Shown: positions 10,176 to 20,753 of the stretch, piece by piece
Position numbering within the stretch: position 1 is the first letter of the stretch
Layout: the number at the start of each line of letters is the position of its first letter
From: Patescibacteria group bacterium
GTDB lineage: Bacteria; Patescibacteriota; WWE3; UBA101185; UBA10185
Reading direction: 5' to 3'
DNA: 38,621 bases
Assembly: GCA_026004595.1 (NCBI GenBank)
Contig: BPJL01000009.1
Location: forward strand, 1 to 38,621
Translations under genes and position numbers: made by a program
Notes under the pieces: model-generated
What the model was told of the DNA's origin: nothing
The model's database searches: none
What the model saw: only the letters and a program-made list of their open reading frames with translations

Positions 10176-10556
10176 ATGGAAGAATACGAAATTGTGCCCC
10201 CTCATTATGTAGTATCTTCTAAGATGATAATAGATTTATGGGAGAAACTTGGTAAACCACAAAATCCATTTAGCAATTCAGGAAGAAAAGTTTTAGATTT
10301 TATTATTGAAGTTTGGAAAGAACTTTACCCCAATGATTATGAAAACTGGCTTGCTATTAGAAGCGATTATAAAAAATCAGAGCTTTCTATCGAGGAACAG
10401 GTAAGAAAAGAAACTGGAAGAAGTCTTGCTTCATATCCGATGTTTGTTTATAAAGTAATGAAGGTTGTGTTCCCAAACTTTGATCCAGCGGAAAGAAAGA
10501 ATTGTATGAGAATGGCAAAACTTTATCCTATTTTTAGGTTTGCTAATAAGCTATGA
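10176..10556 (+). CDS. hypothetical protein
   Basis: clean ORF preceded by extended -10 TGATATAAT (10159-10167). Confidence 0.7.
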   Translation: MEEYEIVPPHYVVSSKMIIDLWEKLGKPQNPFSNSGRKVLDFIIEVWKELYPNDYENWLAIRSDYKKSELSIEEQVRKETGRSLASYPMFVYKVMKVVFPNFDPAERKNCMRMAKLYPIFRFANKL

Positions 10557-12321
10557 AAATAGCGTTTTGGTGTCATTACAAAAGGAGATAGCGAACTACC
10601 TTCCTTAAAACGACTTGTTAGAAGCATTAAGGATTATGTTGATGGAATTTTTATTTACCGCAAACCACGAGCATACGGAAACCAAAAAGTGGTGCGAGGA
10701 AAACAATCTAAACTTTTCTTATCTTAAATGGAACGATAATTTTTCCGAACAAAGGAACTTCAATTTCAACCAAGCTAAGGGTTATGATTTCGTGCTTTGG
10801 GGCGGATTCTGATGATGTTATTGTTGGCGGCGAAAAAATAAGAGACATAGCCTCAAGAGCCAAAAAGATGGGAATGGATTGTGTGTTCTTTGATTATTGG
10901 TATGGCTGCGACTTTGATGGAGAGCCGTCTTTAGAAACCTTAAAGAATGTTGACATTATTCAGCAAAGAGAAAGGCTTATAGATCCGCAGGTTTATGTTT
11001 GGAAGAAAAGAATCCACGAAACGCCTGTTCCTGTTGAAAACTACGAACCTAAATACACTTATGCTTCTTATAAAGATAATGGGGTTGTTTGGGTTCATTT
11101 AGGGGCTGATAGAAATATGCCGATGGGAAGATCAGCTCAAAAGAATGGATAGAAACCAACGACTTCTTGAAATGGAACTTAAAGAAGAAAGAGAGAAAGG
11201 GGAGGCTGACCCCAGAACCCTGCTTTATCTTATGAAGATTTATGCTGAAAGAAAAGACGAAAACCTTTGGAAAGAGTGTATAAAGATGGGTTATGAGTAT
11301 TTGGAGAAAAGCGGTTGGGACGCTGAAAGGGCTTTAGCTTGCAGTCTAATGGCAAGGTGTATGGGAAATTTAGGAAATCACTTGGAGGCACGTGAGTTTT
11401 TTGGGTAAAGCAGTTTTAGAGTATCCTTACTCGTCGCTTCTTTTACTTTTATCTGTCTAAAGCTTGTTTTAATCTTGGTAAATATCGGGAGATGGAGCAT
11501 TGGCTTAAGGTGGGGCCTTAAGATTGAAGATGAAAAAGTATCAAGCCAAACTTCAAATGAACTGGAAAAGAAAATCATATCAGCTGAGCTTGCTTTAAGA
11601 CTTTATTTTTATGTTAAAAGAGACATTAGAAAGGCTATGAAAGCGGCTAGGTTGCTTTATCAAGCTTTGCCTAACGAAGAAAACAAAGAAATGCTTGATA
11701 GCGTCTCTGCACTTTATAACCTTGATATTGCTTCTGAACACATTCACAAAATTTGTTGAATATCTGGAATTGACAGAAAAGGAAAATCTTATTCCTAATT
11801 TTATTCAAATCTTTACCTCCTGAAAATCAAAGCCCTGCCTTTTACTTGGCATTATAAAAACAAATATAGTAGTAGAACTTGGGGAGAAGATGAAATTTGT
11901 TATTATGCCTCCTTTGGGTCCGATCATTACGAGAAGTGGGGTCCTGAAAGCTTAAAAAAAGGAATTGGGGGGTCGGAAACTGCGGTAATTAAGCTTTCTG
12001 AAGAATGGGCTAAAATGGGGTGGAAGGTTACAGTTTATGCCGATTGTGTAGCTGAAAAGGTTGTTAATGGGGTTAGGTGGTTGCCTTATAAGATGTTTAA
12101 TCCTAGAGATAATTTTAATATTTTTATTCAATGGAGATCGTCTCATTTAGCGGGTAAAATCAAGGCTAGGAAGTTTTTGGTTGATTTACACGATGTATTT
12201 TCTCCTAAAGCTATTAAATGGGATAATGTAGATTATGTAATGGTTAAAAGCCAAGCTCATAGAAACTTGGCTAAAAATATCAAAGATGGAAAGTTTAAAA
12301 ATCATCTCAAACGGTATCTAG
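10553..12321 (+). CDS. multidomain glycosyltransferase: GT2 (GT-A) + TPR + N-terminal lobe of GT-B (many indels)
   Basis: WNDNFSEQRNFNF, W-ADSDD, RIHE, DRNQRLLE..DPRTLLYL helical repeats, GIGGSETAVIKLSEEWAKMGWKVTVY, DLHD, ISNGI. Confidence 0.8.
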
Positions 12322-13834
12322 ACATCATAGACTTTTTTGGGGGTCAAGTTATGACCGGGGATTGCAGTATCTTTTGTTTATGTGGTCTGATATTAAAAAA
12401 GCATATCCTGATGCTGAACTCCATATTTGTTATGGCTGGCAGACTTTTGACAAAATCAATGCAGGCAACCCTGAAAGAATGGAGTGGAAAAGAATGATGG
12501 AGACCTTAATGCAACAAGAAGGGATTTATCATTATGGCAGGTTAGGCAAGGAAGATTTGGCAATTGTGAGAAGGTCTTGTGGAATACTTGCGTATTCTAC
12601 TGACTTTTTCGAGATAAACTGTATAACTGCTCTTGACGCCTGCAACGATGGTCTTGTGCCAGTAACTATTGATTACGGAGCCTTAAATGAAACCGCTAAA
12701 CCCGGAATATTGATTAAGGGTGATATTAGAAAAGAAGAAACCACAAAAAAAGTATTTAGCAGAACTTTTGTCTTTAATGGGTGATAAAAAAAAGATGGAA
12801 AAGGTTGTCTCGTGAATGTCAGAAACACGCTGTTAAATATCAATGGAGTAATATAGCCAAACAATGGGATAGTGTTTTTAGAGAACCAGTTAAAGATATA
12901 AAGGTAACAGTTTATACACCGACTATTAGGGAAGGTTGGTGGAACATAATGTCTGATAATCTTTCAAAACAAACTTATAAAAACTTTGAATGGATTATCG
13001 TTGACGATTATCGGGAAGATAGAACACAAATAGCTCAAAAATACGCCCAAAAATATAACCTTGATATTAAATACATTCGTGGGGATAAGGCTTTGGGAAA
13101 ACACAATCGCAGGCTGGGGTCTTGTAAGAGCAAAATAATATTGCTTGGAAAAATGCTAATGGCGAATTGATTGTGTTTTTGCAAGACTTTGTTTTAATTC
13201 CTGAAAATGGTATTGAAAATCTTGTGGATTTATATAGACACAATAAAGACGCTTTGATAGCACCTGTTGATGTCTATTATTTTGCTGCAAAAGCAGATAA
13301 AACAAACAAAGAAGACTGGTGGAATGGAAAGACTGATATTTTATTGGAGGAAGATTGGAGAAATGCAAGGGTTAGGTTTGGTGGAATTAGAGAAAGTGAT
13401 AATCCTTTTGACTGGGAGGCTAATTATGGAGCAATACCGAAGCATATTTTAGATGAACTAAATGGATTTTGGGAGTTTATTGACGACGGGGCTGGGGTAT
13501 GATAATACTGAAATTTGTTTTAGAGCAATAGAGCTTGGATACAGGCTTTTGATAGATGATAGCAATATAGCAAAATGCATAAACATTTGGGGAGAGGTTG
13601 GAGGGACTTTCGCAAAATATTTTAAGCAGAGAAAGAATGCTAAATCCACCACGGTATAAGTATTTGGTAGAGGAAACAAAGAAAGGAACACTTCCTGTTG
13701 TCAGAGATGAACAATTAGATAAAAAGATTAAACTTGATTTTGAGGTTCCAAAAGATATTAAAGATGAAGATTGTGCTGAATGGATTAGTAAACATACGGA
13801 TGAGATAGTAAGGAGGTGGAGAGAATGCCGTTGA
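12320..13834 (+). CDS. glycosyltransferase: C-terminal lobe of GT-B (GT4-like) + GT2 domain (many indels; start uncertain)
   Basis: SSYDRGL, EINCITALDA, YGALNET; then TVYTPTIR, QTYKNFEWIIVDD, VFLQDF, LNGFWE. Confidence 0.78.
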
Positions 13835-14268
13835 TAGTTATAACGATTGGCACTTTTGATTTACTGCATACTGGACACCTGCGATTATTCAAAAAATGCA
13901 GGAAAATAGCTGGGGATAGTGGTGTTGTTGTTGTGGGTTTAAATACTGATGAGTTTGTCGCAAAGTTTAAAGGTAAAAGACCAATTCTTTCTTATAAGGA
14001 AAGGGAAGATTTAATTATGGAAACAGGATTGGTTGATAAAATTTATCCTAATTCACAGCCAGATGGGACGATTAAGGATGTTATTAAAAAATCAAAACCA
14101 GATATAATAGTTGTGGGTTCAGATTGGGCTAGGAAAGATTATCTTGCACAAATAGGGTTGGATTGGGATTATTTGGATAAGAATAAAATCTGGCTTTGTT
14201 ATGTAAATTACGAGTGGTCTATATCAACTACCGAACTCAAAAGAAGACTAAATGAGAATTCTTTTTAA
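13825..14268 (+). CDS. cytidylyltransferase/adenylyltransferase (TagD/RfaE-II family)
   Basis: GTFDLLHTGH (HxGH), GLNTDEF, VVGSDW, ISTTELK. Confidence 0.9.
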   Translation: MPLIVITIGTFDLLHTGHLRLFKKCRKIAGDSGVVVVGLNTDEFVAKFKGKRPILSYKEREDLIMETGLVDKIYPNSQPDGTIKDVIKKSKPDIIVVGSDWARKDYLAQIGLDWDYLDKNKIWLCYVNYEWSISTTELKRRLNENSF

Positions 14269-14278
14269 AATTATATCA

Positions 14279-15387
14279 ATGAAAGTTATAGAATACAAGC
14301 TATAATCCTAACAAAACACACCTTGCCAAACTTGAATTTACTCTTGAACAAGCTCGTCTTTTGTATAATGAAGCGTTAAAACAAAGGATAACTAGCTGGA
14401 AAGAAAATCAAAAAAGATTAAATTATTATGACCAAACCAAGTTTTTTAAGAGTAAATATCCTATTTCGGCAATGCTTACTCAATGTGTATTAAAAAGACT
14501 AGATACTACCTATCAAAGATTTTTCAAAAGAATTAATAACTTTCCAAGATTTAAGGTCAAAAAATAGGTTTCGTAGTATTGATATACGCCAGTGGGGATT
14601 AAATGCCTCATTGAAAGATGGAAAACTAAGATATGACAAAATGTTAATTAGAACATCTAACCATAGAGAGCTAGAGGGCACACCAAAAACGGGGAGGATT
14701 GTAAAAAGAGCTGATGGTTGGTATCTGCAAGTAGTTTGTGATGTTGGTGCTAAAAAAACCTAAAGCAAAAATAAAAACTGCTATTGGACTAGATATGGGA
14801 TTAAAATATCTAGTAGCCGACAGTGAGGGTAACATTATACAAGCACCTAAAATGTTTAGAAAAACAGAAGCTAAATTAGCTAAACAACAAAAAGTGTTAA
14901 GCAGACGAGTTAAAGGTAGCAATAGTTGGATGAAAGCAAAGGAAGCTGTTGCAAAAAACACATCTAAAAATATCAAGACAGCGAAAAGATTTTCTCCATA
15001 AGATTTCCTATAAGTATGCTCAATATGATTTAATTGCGGTTGAAAAATTAAACATTAAAGGAATGTTAAAAAAATCATCATTTAGCGAAAAGTATTTCTG
15101 ACGCAAGTTGGAATATGCTTCTACGGCTAATACGCTACAAAGCTGCGAATGCTGGTAGCTATTTTGTAGAAGTAAATCCAAAATACACAAGTCAGAAATG
15201 TAGCGGTTGTGGTGCGATTATTCAAAAAATCGCTCAGTGTCAGGACACATATTTGTCTGAATGTTCTCTGATAATAGATAGAGACCACAACGCTTCGTTA
15301 AATATTTTAAGGGCAGGAATTGCCCTTGGTGGAGAGATGGGATTGCCCATCTCGTTGAAACCAGAAGCCACTAAGTCTTTAGCTTAG
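14279..15387 (+). CDS. tnpB: TnpB RNA-guided endonuclease (IS200/IS605 family; several indels)
   Basis: LYNEAL, FPRFK, IGLDMGL (RuvC-I D), IAVEKL (RuvC-II E), YTSQKCSGCG zinc finger, DRDHNASLNI (RuvC-III D). Confidence 0.93.
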
Positions 15388-15418
15388 TGGTAGTTCACCA
15401 GAAGACAGAATAATAGGT
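15309..15418 (+). ncRNA. 3' part of TnpB omegaRNA, IS right end (...GTAGTTCAC 15398) and putative guide
   Basis: hairpins 15309-27, 15334-53 and 15368-90, then TTCAC terminus typical of IS605-family right ends. Confidence 0.8.
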
Positions 15419-15479
15419 GAAGAGCTAGGGCCCTAGCTTTTAGCTTCAAGAAAAAAACTAGCCCCTAGCTTTTTGAAGT

Positions 15480-16116
15480 TTTATTAGGATTTCACCATAC
15501 TTGTCAATGCACCCAAATCCGTTGGGTAGAGATAAAGATGTAATAATAGATAGGTGTCTTAATTCTTTTTTAGAGGCAAATGATTCTAAATTTCCTATAA
15601 CCTTTGTCGTTTGACGGTCTTAATGATAAATGGATAGCAAGATTGAAAAAGCTTGGAGATGTTGTTTTTTCTTCTCACGGAAATGTTGAGACATTTCATA
15701 AACAACTTGATTTGGCGTGTGAGACAAAAGACGAAAAAGTTTTGTTTTGTGAAGATGATTATTTATGGAGACCAAATACAATTTCTTTATTGGATAGAGC
15801 ATTAGACAAATTCCAAATTGTTTCTCCTTATGACCACCCCGGACATTATAGAGAAGAAAGATTTAATTATCCTAAAAAAATGGTTGAATTAGATGGGGTT
15901 GTATATAGAGAAGCTCCGTCTAACACTTTGACTTTTGCTTGTAGAACGAATATTATTAAAGAGAATTTATTGGTTATTAAATCTTTTGGAATAAGAGACC
16001 ATGAATTATTTACGGAGTTGCGTAAAAGAGGATACGAAATGTTTGTGCCAGTATATAGTTTTGCAACTCACTTGGTTGAAGGATTGTTAGCACCTAATGT
16101 TGATTGGAAATTATGA
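15480..16116 (+). CDS. GT-A-like glycosyltransferase (start uncertain; indel ~15610)
   Basis: DRCLNSFL..ITFVVD, LFCEDDYLW, SPYDHP, FATHL. Confidence 0.7.
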
Positions 16117-16672
16117 AAATCAGCCTAGTCATTCCGCATTACGAGGTTAATCTTGAAAAAAGAGAGCTACTGCTTCGTTGCTTGTCTTCAGTTGCTGGTC
16201 AGTATGATGAGCTTATTATCATTGCAGAGAAAAGATTTAATTTAGCTTCAAAAATAAACGACGGTTTAAGAAAAACAAGCGGGGAATTTATTATTGTTTC
16301 AAATGACGATATTAAACTTATAAAAGGAACTTTGTCTGATTTGTGCGATGAAAATTGTTGTTACAACCCCTACGGTAGTCGGTTCGTTAGATAAACTTTT
16401 TCACGGACATATGTGGTGTATGCCGAGAAAGATCTTTAACGAAGTTGGCTTGATGTATGAGGGTTATAACGGATTTTTACTTTGATGATAGTGATTATTG
16501 GATGATGATTGAAAGTAAAGGCTTTAATGTGGTTAAAAAGAAAGATGTTGTAATTCTTCACGAACACCCAGCTTCTACCCTAAAACATTTAGTCAAAGAG
16601 GGACAGCAAGACGAAAATAAACAAATCTTTATCTCCAGATGGGGCGTTGATTCCTTAAAAAAAGTTTTGTAA
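16113..16672 (+). CDS. GT2 glycosyltransferase (indels)
   Basis: KISLVIPHY, KINDGL..GEFIIVSNDDI, YFDDSDYW, ILHEH. Confidence 0.8.
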
Positions 16673-16674
16673 GT

Positions 16675-16713
16675 TTGAAAACCAAATAAACCTTCTTTCA
16701 TAATTAGGGTATG
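16675..16713 (+). promoter_or_regulatory. late leaderless promoter (adaptor)
   Basis: TTGAAA 16675-80 +ACC, 18 nt, CATAAT 16699-704, 6 nt, ATG 16711. Confidence 0.75.
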
Positions 16714-17325
16714 CAAACCCTAGAAGATATACTTAAAGCATCGGCTTCCACACTTGATTTGGATACCTCTTTGCCCACTGGCAATGAGTTGACAAACTCG
16801 TATCAACTTTGCCAACCAAGCAATTTGGGACGCCTTAAGTGTGGGTTTTGTTCCTGAACTTAAAAGTGAATATCTTGTATATGCTACAGGGGCCACTGTT
16901 CCTTTACCTACTAATTTTTATGCGATGTCTTCAAATCCGAGAATTTATAGTAATGGCTGGCTTGAATATCCAGAAATCGAAGCAGAAGAAAAATATACTC
17001 TTGATAGTGGTGATAGATTTTCTTATGTTTTAGGAACGCCACAAGCCAAAAATCTTATTCTCAACTCACCAGTTGAAGGAACTTTGTCTTTGATATACCA
17101 AAAGATACCCTCAAGGCTTTGCTACTTTAACTGATGTTTGTGAACTACCCGACCCGATGTATGTGATCAGAAAGATTGAAGCTTATGTTCTTTACTCAAG
17201 AGGGTGATGACAGATTCCAAATCGCTCAAGCGGAGGCGGAAAAGTATCTCCTTAATATGATGGGAACTTCGTATAAAAGCTCTGGCGGAAAGACGAGATT
17301 TGTTAGTAGCAAGTTTAGACCTTAA
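16711..17325 (+). CDS. head-tail adaptor / tail tubular protein A-like (indels)
   Basis: MQTLEDIL...INFANQA, VPLPTNF; size and position before the nozzle gene. Confidence 0.65.
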
Positions 17326-17339
17326 TAAAGTTGTATGAT

Positions 17340-19282
17340 ATGGCAATTTTCAACGCAAAAGCTCCAGCTTATAAGAAGAGACCTGAAGTAATATCAGAGT
17401 GGGCAACCTTTAGAAAGGGTCTTAACCTCATTTTGCGACCCACTGAGATTTCAAACGAGGAGATGTCGGAAGCCTACAATATTATGCTTATTGGATCTGG
17501 CGTCCCGACTGGAAGGTGGGGGACAGAAGTCTTTTTTGATACCGGCGGAACTTATGTTAATGGATTGGGTTTCTACAGAAGCAGTGATCTAACCATTGAT
17601 GATGTTTTAGCTTTATCCAATACTGGGTATTTTGGTAAAGAAAAACAACTCTTCATATACAATCATTAGTGGTAATTCTTGGCCGACTTCTACCAATATT
17701 CATACTGAACAGCTTGGGAATAGAACTTATATTGTCTCTCCTGATGTTGCTTTTACTGAATATGATGGAACTGATTTAAGCGTGTTTGCAACCATATCTC
17801 CTCCTACTGGAGTATCAGCTACCAACTTTAGTGGTGCAACAGGACCTGAAAAGAGTGTCGTATAGGATAGTTGCTATTGGACCTAATGGGGGGCAAACCA
17901 CGCCGTCTGCCAATTATGTGCTTGAAAATGTTCCTGTTGATCTTTCAAAGACGCAAATTCACGTTTTTTGGACCGCTCCGTCGGCTGCAACTTTGGGTGG
18001 ATTTGAGATTTATAGAGGAAGGGAAGGAGACGAAACATTTTCTTGCTTCAACTAGTGCTGGAGTTACTAAATATGTTGACAATGGAGAACCTGCAAGTGA
18101 ATCAATACTTGCCTCCTTTAACTAATACTACTGGTGGCGTGAAAGCAAGATGTATTGCTAAATATAAGGATAGACTTTTAGTTGTTCCTGAAGATGATCC
18201 TACTAAACTTATGATTTCTGCAAGATACCCTTATCATACCAGATTTAACGCCCTTGATGGTGGCGGATATATTTATATTGATCCCGATAGCGGAGGATCA
18301 AATCGTGGGGGTTGAGGTGCAGCCGATTGCTGATAGGATTGTTGTTTATAAGACAAAATCAAGCTACTTGGTTCAATTGGATACCGTGAGTTTTGGAAAT
18401 TATACCCTTCTTGATCCGCAATATGCTCCAATCTCAACTGCTGTTGGTTGTTCTTCGCAAGATACGATAGCAGTAGTTGAAAATGATTTGTTCTATTTTG
18501 GAAGGGACGGGATTTATGTTACTGGTTATGAACCCAATTTCTTAAACATTATTAGAACTAATGAAGTCTCGTTTAGGGTTAAGCCATATCTTGATCTTTT
18601 ATCTCAAGATGACTTTGATACTGCCTGTGCGGTGTATTTTGATAAAAAATATATTCTTTCATTCCCTCTAAGAAAGGAGATGTTGGTTTATGACCGCTCA
18701 CGGGGTTGCTTTGTTGGAATTTGGAGACTTCCTTTTGGGATAAGATATATGAAAAAATATGTTGATATTGATGGAAATGAAAAGCTCATTTTGGGAACTG
18801 ATGACGGAAAAGTTTATAACTTTAATGCTTCAATAAATTCTGATAACGGAGAGATTATTGAAAAAAGGCTTAAAACCAATAAAACATCTTTTGGGGATTG
18901 GACGACAATGAACACAGTTGGTTTCTTTTACTTCTTGTTTAGAAATATAGTTGGAACTACCAATGTTACTATTACTCTTGAGGATAGAGAAGGAATTACA
19001 TCGGCTATTAAGACTTTTACTATTACAGGAGCTGAACAGGCTGGAAAGACAGGATATGGGATTGATCCTTATGGGACGGCTGAATATGGACTTAGTAATT
19101 ATTATGATGTTTCTATCGCTTCTGATGAGATTATGAGATGGGGAACAGCCTTTAAGACTGGGAAGCTTATGCAGGTTGAAGTGTCTTCAACTGAAAGTAA
19201 TTCTAATTTTGAATTGCTTAAGATTGCAGTAACGGCTAAAAAACACTCAAGAGGAACTTTGTCTTCTTCCTTGAGGGTATAG
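17340..19282 (+). CDS. tail nozzle / stabilization protein (indels)
   Basis: ~640 aa beta-rich; FRKGLN, AVGCSSQDTI..LFYFGRDGIY pattern of podoviral nozzle beta-propellers. Confidence 0.75.
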
Positions 19283-19321
19283 TTGCAAACCATTTTTGTT
19301 ATTTCTCATAATTGAGATATG
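19283..19321 (+). promoter_or_regulatory. late leaderless promoter
   Basis: TTGCAA 19283-88 +ACC, 18 nt, CATAAT 19307-12, 6 nt, ATG 19319. Confidence 0.72.
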
Positions 19322-19516
19322 AGAAAAATGAAGCCAAAAGGAAAAAGAGGATTGGCAGCAGTTAAGAGGCTGGGAAGAACTTATAAGACTGGCGGATTTG
19401 CAAAGATTGCTGCTAAAGCCGCTAAAAAGTATGGTTCAAAAACTATTGGTAAAAAAGTAGCCGGGGCGATTTATCAAAAAATGGTTAGAAAATATCAAGA
19501 AAGGAGAAAAAAATAA
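19319..19516 (+). CDS. small highly basic protein
   Basis: 65 aa K/R/A/G-rich ORF with its own promoter. Confidence 0.75.
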   Translation: MRKMKPKGKRGLAAVKRLGRTYKTGGFAKIAAKAAKKYGSKTIGKKVAGAIYQKMVRKYQERRKK

Positions 19517-19517
19517 T

Positions 19518-20711
19518 ATGGCACCATTAGTAACATCGGGAACTTGGGGAGTTTTTCCTTTCACAATTCCAGATTGGGGAGTGACAGAGTGGATAACAGA
19601 AAAAACTGGTATTGGTGCTGGCAATCCCAACTGGGTTAATCCCAATAGACCAACAACTCCTGTTTTGCAAGACAGTGGTTTGAGTCTTGATATGATGTCA
19701 TATAATCCAAATCCGACTTTGTCGTCAAATCGAAGCACTGGACAACCAACTGGACAAACAACTGGTCAACCAACAGGTCAACCGACTGGTGGTCAACCAA
19801 CAGGTCAACCGACTGGTGGTCAACCAACAGGTGGTAACCAGCCCACAGTTGACCCCCAAGAGGAGGTAAGAAGGCAGGCAGAGGCGATATACGCTCCAAT
19901 TATGAGCTACTTATCTGAAGCTGAAAACACTTTAAGGAGCAACTTTGAAAGCCAAAGATCTCTTATTGAGCAGGAGTATCAAAATGCACTTTCCAGTCTT
20001 GGTGTTCAGAAGACACAATCTTTGAGGGATTTGTCCACCCAAGAGGAACAAGCTAGACAAAGGAAAGAAGATGCCTTATCAGCCGCAAGACGGCTTTATT
20101 CAGAACTTGGTCAGGGTATTCAACAGCGTTTTGGTGGCGCTTCATCTGCAGGACAGGCAGCAAGCGAACTTCTAGGAAGAGAACAACTAAAACAACAGGG
20201 TGGAATTTGGCGGGCATTCCAGAATGCTGTAAGTCAAATCGAAAACTACAGGGCAAGACTTAACGAAAATTATGACCAAGCTATCAATGATGTCAATCTC
20301 CAGAAAGCACAAGCAATTCAACAAATACAATCTGATTATAATGCTAAATTAGCACAAATCGGAGCTTTGAGGGGGCAGACGGAGTCAGCAAAAGCAAACC
20401 TTAAGCTCCAACTGTTAAACGACCTAAAAGACAAAGTATGGCAAATAAATATAGCTTCGCTTAATTACTTGCAGCAATTAGCAGCCAATAAACAGATTTC
20501 TAATCAAATCCTAGACAGTTATACTCAAAGATTCGCACAATCAGTGCTTGGTGGCGGGACAGCTGTCCAAAATCTATTCGGAAGCACAACTGTTAATCCG
20601 TCAACTAATTTAGCTTTTGGTGGTGGTCAAGCATCAACCACACCTCTTCAGACTGGACAGATTAGCCCCACCAAGAAAAGGGAAGAAGACATATTTGATT
20701 GGGCTTTCTAA
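19518..20711 (+). CDS. probable internal virion/ejection protein
   Basis: Q/A-rich coiled coil after the nozzle gene. Confidence 0.7.
   Translation: MAPLVTSGTWGVFPFTIPDWGVTEWITEKTGIGAGNPNWVNPNRPTTPVLQDSGLSLDMMSYNPNPTLSSNRSTGQPTGQTTGQPTGQPTGGQPTGQPTGGQPTGGNQPTVDPQEEVRRQAEAIYAPIMSYLSEAENTLRSNFESQRSLIEQEYQNALSSLGVQKTQSLRDLSTQEEQARQRKEDALSAARRLYSELGQGIQQRFGGASSAGQAASELLGREQLKQQGGIWRAFQNAVSQIENYRARLNENYDQAINDVNLQKAQAIQQIQSDYNAKLAQIGALRGQTESAKANLKLQLLNDLKDKVWQINIASLNYLQQLAANKQISNQILDSYTQRFAQSVLGGGTAVQNLFGSTTVNPSTNLAFGGGQASTTPLQTGQISPTKKREEDIFDWAF
19737..19847 (+). repeat. coding tandem repeat (G)GQPT
   Basis: 12/15-nt units; perfect 27-nt duplication 19764-19790/19791-19817. Confidence 0.9.
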
Positions 20712-20714
20712 TTT

Positions 20715-20753
20715 TTGAAAACCATACAATTTCTTCTCTAAAATTAAGGTATG
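20715..20753 (+). promoter_or_regulatory. late leaderless promoter
   Basis: TTGAAA 20715-20 +ACC, 18 nt, TAAAAT 20739-44, 6 nt, ATG 20751. Confidence 0.72.

Noticed and set aside
20007..20015. Self-target of the TnpB guide (CAGAAGACA)
   Set aside because: Only about 9 nt match, which is expected by chance in 38 kb.
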